Positions 52,116 to 58,280 of a stretch of 58,280 nt of DNA are shown here, piece by piece. Positions within the stretch are counted from its first letter, which is position 1. Each line of letters opens with the position of its first letter. This DNA comes from an uncultured Anaerolineales bacterium (GTDB lineage: Bacteria > Chloroflexota > Anaerolineae > B4-G1). The stretch covers positions 1 to 58,280 of the forward strand of contig CAZMOT010000003.1 of the NCBI GenBank assembly GCA_964568065.1, given 5' to 3'. The notes below the pieces were generated by a model, which made no database searches, was not told the DNA's origin, and was given only the letters and a program-made list of their open reading frames with translations. Made by a program: the position numbers and the translations under genes.

Positions 52116-53246
52116 CTACAGGCCAAGTAACTCCCGTAGTTCGTCCAGAAAACTACGTTTCTCTTGCCAGACGGTCTCTGGCTCTAACGTTTCGCCCAGT
52201 TCCCGGAAGAGACGCTTCTGCTCGCGGGAGAGTTTGGTCGGAACTGTAACGCGCATCAGCACCAGTTCGTCTCCCCGCCCATTGCTTCGCAAATGAGGCA
52301 CCCCCTTGTTTCTCAACCGTAACACGGTGCCGCTCTGTATCCCGGCAGAGATGGTGATCTCCTCCTCACTCTCAAGAGTGGGCACCTTCACCTCGGCCCC
52401 CAGCGCCGCCTGAGCGACGTTGATCTGCAATTCGACCAGGATGTCGTCGCCGCGTCGCTGGAAGATGGGGTGTGGCTCCACATCCAAGACGACGTACAGA
52501 TTACCAGGGGGACCACCCCGCTCCCCAATCTGCCCCTCACCTGCCAGCCGGACCTGGGTGCCGTGATCCACGCCTGGCGGGACGGTGACGGAGAGCCTGC
52601 GGGTGATGTAGACCCGTCTCTTGCCACTACATTTGGAGCAGGGAATCGGAATCGTCTCCCCCTCGCCCTGGCAGACGGGACAGGTGGTGACGCTGACGAA
52701 GGAGCCCAGAATGGAGCGCTGGACCCGCCGCACCTGCCCGGTGCCGTTGCACTCCGAGCAGCGGACCGGCGACGTCCCCGCCTCAGCTCCGCTACCCTTG
52801 CACCCGGGGCACACCTCGTAGCGCGTAACCTCAATCTCTTTCTCACATCCGAAGACCGCTTCCTCAAAGGTCATGGGCAAGTCGTAGCGCAAATCAGCGC
52901 CGCGCCGTGGCCCGCGGCGGGTGGAGGTACGAAAGCCGAACCCCCGCCCGAAAACCTCCTCGAAAATCTCGAAGGGGTCACGGAAGCCGCCGAAGTCAAA
53001 ACTGAAACCCGTTCCACTCAGTCCGGCGTGGCCAAAGCGATCGTAAGTAGCCCGTTTTTCCGGATCGGAGAGCGCCTCGTAAGCCTCGTTGATCTCCTTT
53101 AAGCGGGTCTCGGCGTCGGGCGCGTTGCTGACGTCCGGGTGATACCTACGCGCTAGCCCTCGATAGGCTTTCTTGATTTCATCTTGGGTCGCCGAGCGAC
53201 CGACTCCCAGTACCTCGTAATAATCCCGTTTGCCACTCATACTCAT
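52116..53246 (-). CDS. dnaJ: Molecular chaperone DnaJ
   Basis: J domain (DYYEVLGV...YHPD), G/F region and four CxxCxGxG zinc motifs. The start could be 53246 or 53240. Confidence 0.93.
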   Translation of the reverse strand: MSMSGKRDYYEVLGVGRSATQDEIKKAYRGLARRYHPDVSNAPDAETRLKEINEAYEALSDPEKRATYDRFGHAGLSGTGFSFDFGGFRDPFEIFEEVFGRGFGFRTSTRRGPRRGADLRYDLPMTFEEAVFGCEKEIEVTRYEVCPGCKGSGAEAGTSPVRCSECNGTGQVRRVQRSILGSFVSVTTCPVCQGEGETIPIPCSKCSGKRRVYITRRLSVTVPPGVDHGTQVRLAGEGQIGERGGPPGNLYVVLDVEPHPIFQRRGDDILVELQINVAQAALGAEVKVPTLESEEEITISAGIQSGTVLRLRNKGVPHLRSNGRGDELVLMRVTVPTKLSREQKRLFRELGETLEPETVWQEKRSFLDELRELLGL

Positions 53247-53316
53247 CCACCAAGCAGCGAGCAACGAGGGGGACCTCGCTACTCGCTACCCATCCGCTCA
53301 TTTCACTACACGTTCG

Positions 53317-55209
<1,893 letters not shown>

Positions 55210-55222
55210 TGTACATCACTCC

Positions 55223-55849
55223 TTAGTCCTCAGTTGTATCGCTATCACTATCACTATCTTTCTCAAACTGGGCGGCCGGGGCCTTGGCTACCCGCACCAA
55301 CGCGGGTCGCAGCACACGCTCGCCGAGTATGTATCCCCGCTGTACCTCACCGATGATCTGACCTTCCTCGTAGCCTGAAACCTCCTCATACGTCACAGCC
55401 TCGTGGTAACGGGGATTGAACTCCTGCCCATCGGTCTCGATGGGCTTGACCCTCTCGAATTCGAGAATGGCATCCAATTTGTGCTTGATCAAAAGGACGC
55501 CTTCGCACCAGGTCAGTTGACTCAAATTGTAGGGTAGAGTCATCATAGCCCGCTCGAAGTCGTCCACTATGGATAGCAGTTTGCGCAACAGTGTCGCGTT
55601 TGCGAGCGTAATCATCTGTGCTCGCTCTGCTTCCTGACGCTTCTTGTAGTTAGAGAACTCCGCCTGAGCCCGCTGCCAACCGTCAAGATACTCGGCTGCC
55701 TGGGCCTCGGCCTTCCCCAATTCCTCCCGCAATTCCTCCAGTTCGTCGCGCTCCTCTTCCGGTTCCTCCTCAACCACTTCTGCTTCTACTGCCGCTTGCT
55801 CCTCCTCCACGGTCTCAACCTCAGCCTCTCGTTCTTTCTTCTTCGCCAC
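55223..55849 (-). CDS. grpE: Nucleotide exchange factor GrpE
   Basis: Acidic N-terminus, YLDGWQRAQAEFSNYKKR, and a C-terminal GY.L..RVLRPA.V motif. Confidence 0.9.
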   Translation of the reverse strand: MAKKKEREAEVETVEEEQAAVEAEVVEEEPEEERDELEELREELGKAEAQAAEYLDGWQRAQAEFSNYKKRQEAERAQMITLANATLLRKLLSIVDDFERAMMTLPYNLSQLTWCEGVLLIKHKLDAILEFERVKPIETDGQEFNPRYHEAVTYEEVSGYEEGQIIGEVQRGYILGERVLRPALVRVAKAPAAQFEKDSDSDSDTTED

Positions 55850-55893
55850 TTGGACCTCCTTGCGACCACGTCATTTGGTCATTGGCTATTGCG

Positions 55894-56925
55894 TTATTCC
55901 ACGTACACATCATACACCAGGTCAGATAACAGCCCGCCGACGAAACGCACGGCCGAGATGGCACGGCCATAGAGCATGCGGGTGGGACCTACGACGCCCA
56001 GCGCTCCAGTGACGAAGCCAGTCACGCCATAGCGTGCCAGCACCAGGCTGCAGGCCCGGAGTTCATCCCAACGCCCCTCACCGCCTATGAGAACCCGCAC
56101 ATTGCCCACCTCTGGACTGAGGGCGTCGGCCAGCACCGCCTCGAGAAAACTGTGCTCTTCCATCACCCGCACCAATCCCTGAGCCTGTTCCCCCTCAGAG
56201 AACTCTGGCTGCTGCAACACTTCGCCCAACCCATCACGATAGACCACCCCAGCAGCTCGCGAGTCGGTACGGCACATGATGTCAACCACAAGGCTGCCTA
56301 TATCGGCTTCGAAAGTGGGCAGTTCATCAAGACGGCCCTGTATCTCATCGGCCGCAAGCCCGCTACCCAGTTGGTTGAGCCGATCACTGGCCTCGTTGAG
56401 AGCTTCCTGGTTGAGAGGTTCAGTCAAAGTCAGCATCTGCTGCTTGACCGCCCCCCCACGCAGGACAAGGACAAGCAACACCATTTGCCCCTGAGTAGAG
56501 ATCAGTTGCAGGTGTTTATGGTACGATTCCGTGGCCTGAGGCGCGGTCACCAGAGCAGCCCCACGAGCGGTACGAGCCAGCACGGAAGCCGCCAACGGCA
56601 TCCACTGCTCAAAGTCCTGACGCGCCTGGTAAAACTGGTGGGCAATCGTACGGCGCTCTTGCAGTGGCAGTTCCACCCCACCCAGCAGCCGCGTGACGAA
56701 GCGACGGTAGCCCTTACCCGTGGGGACGCGCCCGGCCGAAGTATGCGGATGGGTGAGATAACCTAACTCCTCCAGTCGAGCCAGTTCGTTGCGCACGGTG
56801 GCCGTGCTCACCCCCAGACCATAACCCTCGACCAGCGCGCGGGAACTGATCGGGGAGGCACTTTCCACGTACTCCCGCACGACCAGGCCTAGAATTGTCC
56901 GTTGACGAGGTGTCAACTCATCCAT
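55894..56925 (-). CDS. hrcA: Heat-inducible transcription repressor HrcA
   Basis: LTPRQRTILGLVVREYVESASPISSRALV...VSTATVRNELARLEELGYL, with a CIRCE operator immediately upstream. Confidence 0.92.
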   Translation of the reverse strand: MDELTPRQRTILGLVVREYVESASPISSRALVEGYGLGVSTATVRNELARLEELGYLTHPHTSAGRVPTGKGYRRFVTRLLGGVELPLQERRTIAHQFYQARQDFEQWMPLAASVLARTARGAALVTAPQATESYHKHLQLISTQGQMVLLVLVLRGGAVKQQMLTLTEPLNQEALNEASDRLNQLGSGLAADEIQGRLDELPTFEADIGSLVVDIMCRTDSRAAGVVYRDGLGEVLQQPEFSEGEQAQGLVRVMEEHSFLEAVLADALSPEVGNVRVLIGGEGRWDELRACSLVLARYGVTGFVTGALGVVGPTRMLYGRAISAVRFVGGLLSDLVYDVYVE

Positions 56926-56944
56926 TTTTCATCTCACAACCTCT

Positions 56945-56971
56945 TTAGCACTCTCACCTATAGAGTGCTAA
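56945..56971 (-). promoter_or_regulatory. CIRCE operator (TTAGCACTC-N9-GAGTGCTAA)
   Basis: A perfect match to the consensus inverted repeat, 20 nt upstream of the hrcA start. Confidence 0.95.
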
Positions 56972-56984
56972 AGTTCAGTTCCCC

Positions 56985-57013
56985 ATAATACCACAGGGGG
57001 AAGAATCTGTCAA
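56985..57013 (-). promoter_or_regulatory. hrcA operon promoter (minus strand TTGACA-N17-TATTAT, with TG upstream of the -10)
   Basis: Plus-strand tgtcaa at 57008-57013 and ataata at 56985-56990. CIRCE lies just downstream of the -10. Confidence 0.7.
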
Positions 57014-57166
57014 ACAGACTTGAAAGCCACGCCGAACTGTGGAGGGGAAAAGAGGTATGGAGGCAAAAACCGCGTGTGGAGGCGGGTTCGAAAGCTGGTC
57101 CCAGCTACTGCAATGGACAGTGAAAAACGGAGATACCGAAGGACTCACGTAGATGGCAGACTACGC

Positions 57167-57580
57167 CTACTCCGCCTCCGGCGTTTCTGGTCCCTTTAGC
57201 TGGTACTCTCCCTCGATCACTACAGGAGGCCCATCATCCTCATCCACCACGCGCCACTCTTTGATACGCGCCCCTAGAGCCAGCAGATGCTCACGCACTA
57301 CGTCTGACGGAGCCAGTTCGATGAACAGCTTGACCCCGAGCAGCAGCACAGCAATGTCATCCAGTTGGCCCAAGCCCAGCGCTACGTCGGGGACAATGTC
57401 TATGGGGAAAAGAACATAGCCTAACGCTGCTGGCGGGATCAACTTTGTCCACAACGGCACACGCCGATCCCAGAACAGCCGCCAGGCCAAGCGTGCCTGG
57501 CGCGCCATATCCTGAAGCCACGCCAACAGCGCACTCGTATCACCCGGCGGAACCCGCATTGGTCGTCGATCTTTGCTCAT
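57167..57580 (-). CDS. DUF1232 (YkvA-like) membrane protein
   Basis: LGYVLFPIDIVPDVALGLGQLDDIAVLLLGVKLF is typical of DUF1232. Confidence 0.7.
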   Translation of the reverse strand: MSKDRRPMRVPPGDTSALLAWLQDMARQARLAWRLFWDRRVPLWTKLIPPAALGYVLFPIDIVPDVALGLGQLDDIAVLLLGVKLFIELAPSDVVREHLLALGARIKEWRVVDEDDGPPVVIEGEYQLKGPETPEAE

Positions 57581-57645
57581 TATTTCACTCCTTGGTGTAT
57601 GCAGTACATGGATAATTATAGTCCCTCACATTCAAATACGCAACC

Positions 57646-57735
57646 AGGCTTTTCCAGTTTCCTGATCGCCCCAGAATCTGCCAAGCAGCACGCTCTCTAA
57701 CCACGAGATATTTGCGAATCAGGCTGGAAAAGCCT
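57646..57735. other. Long imperfect inverted repeat (90 nt) in a divergent intergenic region
   Basis: AGGCTTTTCCAG (57646-57657) pairs with CTGGAAAAGCCT (57724-57735). The pairing is extended by CCTGATCGC (57661-57669) with GCGAATCAGG (57714-57723). Confidence 0.5.
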
Positions 57736-57860
57736 AAGCAATTCCCGCAATCAGGCCTTCTTACGCTGGCGTACGCTTGCAGTCAACATCCATGAAACAA
57801 CTACTTCTCTGGAATTGCCCTATGCCTTGTGGTATCACACAGTTGGGCTATAATACCGCT

Positions 57861-58280
57861 ATGCGCCCACTCCACCAATGTCTGCTCGATACCAACTTAG
57901 TCCGGCTGCGAGTCATCGCTCGTTTCTGGAACGTGGAACCGACAGCCAGCCGCCAGCGGGACGTAGCTGCCCAACTGGCCGAGGCAATGGCTGCCCCCGA
58001 AACCGTCACCGGTGCCTGGGATGCGCTTCCCGATGACCAACGCCAGGCACTAGAACAGTTGCTCACTGCTGGCGGACGGATGCCGCTGCGGGTTTTCGCC
58101 CGCGATTGGGGAGAAATACGCAGCATGGGACCAGGCCGCCTGGAGCGGGAGCAGCCCTGGCAGGAGCCCATCTCCCCCGCCGAAGGACTCTGGTACAGAG
58201 GCTTTATCTCCCGCACCTTCGATCAGGGACCTGATGGAACCTACGAGGTCGTCTTCGTCCCCCCTGAACTGTGCGCCCAC
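57861..58280 (+). CDS. Hypothetical protein, 5' part (continues beyond the window end)
   Basis: It is absent from the track because no stop is reached. ATG 57861 opens a clean frame to the window end (MRPLHQCLLDTNLVRLRVIARFWNVEP...WDALPDDQRQALEQLL...GRLEREQPWQEP...). G/C-rich third positions fit the local codon usage. TATAAT at 57849-57854 lies 6 nt upstream. Confidence 0.6.
   Translation, partial: MRPLHQCLLDTNLVRLRVIARFWNVEPTASRQRDVAAQLAEAMAAPETVTGAWDALPDDQRQALEQLLTAGGRMPLRVFARDWGEIRSMGPGRLEREQPWQEPISPAEGLWYRGFISRTFDQGPDGTYEVVFVPPELCAH

Noticed and set aside
57848-58280. Minus-strand ORFs of 122 aa and 76 aa at the window end
   Set aside because: They are antisense to a cleaner plus-strand frame that starts at ATG 57861 and stays open to the window edge.

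Overview
High-GC (about 60%) bacterial chromosomal window. The gene content suggests a monoderm or Chloroflexota-like organism, but this taxonomic guess is untested. I found no CRISPR array, rRNA, transposase or integrase. Positions 1-13.9 kb carry housekeeping and miscellaneous genes: MDR dehydrogenase 3' end, GNAT, 6-phosphofructokinase, PqqB-like MBL hydrolase, MEMO-like protein, cyclophilin, M48 protease, Clp1-like kinase, GAF histidine kinase, Sir2 deacylase, endonuclease V, REC-ParA protein, tRNA-Pro(GGG) and two paralogous secreted proteins. Positions 14-30.8 kb are the most unusual part. They hold a 1,300-aa PDZ/multi-TM/multi-GAF histidine kinase, then a same-strand run of TPR-LCP enzyme, bactofilin/coiled-coil/Zn-ribbon protein, CvnD/MglA-like small GTPase, two Roadblock/LC7 proteins, a membrane vWA protein, a decayed LCP fragment, a ParA ATPase and a PAS-GAF-PAS-LCP fusion. 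Three of these transcription units are preceded by the same triple, 11-bp-phased nGTAAC direct repeat. Positions 30.8-34.3 kb carry a GT-C-like membrane protein operon. Positions 34.4-48.1 kb carry rpsT and then a redox cluster. It runs from a GcvH-like lipoyl carrier through DRTGG/HATPase/PHP/SpoIIE-type regulators, an HdrD-like protein, NuoE/NuoF-like proteins, a NuoG-N-terminus::HdrA fusion, MvhD and a NiFe-type maturation protease, ending with a lipoate-protein ligase. A decayed toxin-antitoxin island and an HdrA N-terminal relic interrupt this cluster. The relic has a TGA at what I recall as the Cys/Sec position of HdrA, plus a frameshift. Positions 48.1-58.3 kb carry rpsA with seven 51-nt acidic repeats, infA, prmA, a disrupted ThuA gene, the CIRCE-controlled hrcA-grpE-dnaK-dnaJ operon, a DUF1232 protein and a possibly leaderless partial gene. 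All calls come from reading the translations and sequence by eye. No database search was run.
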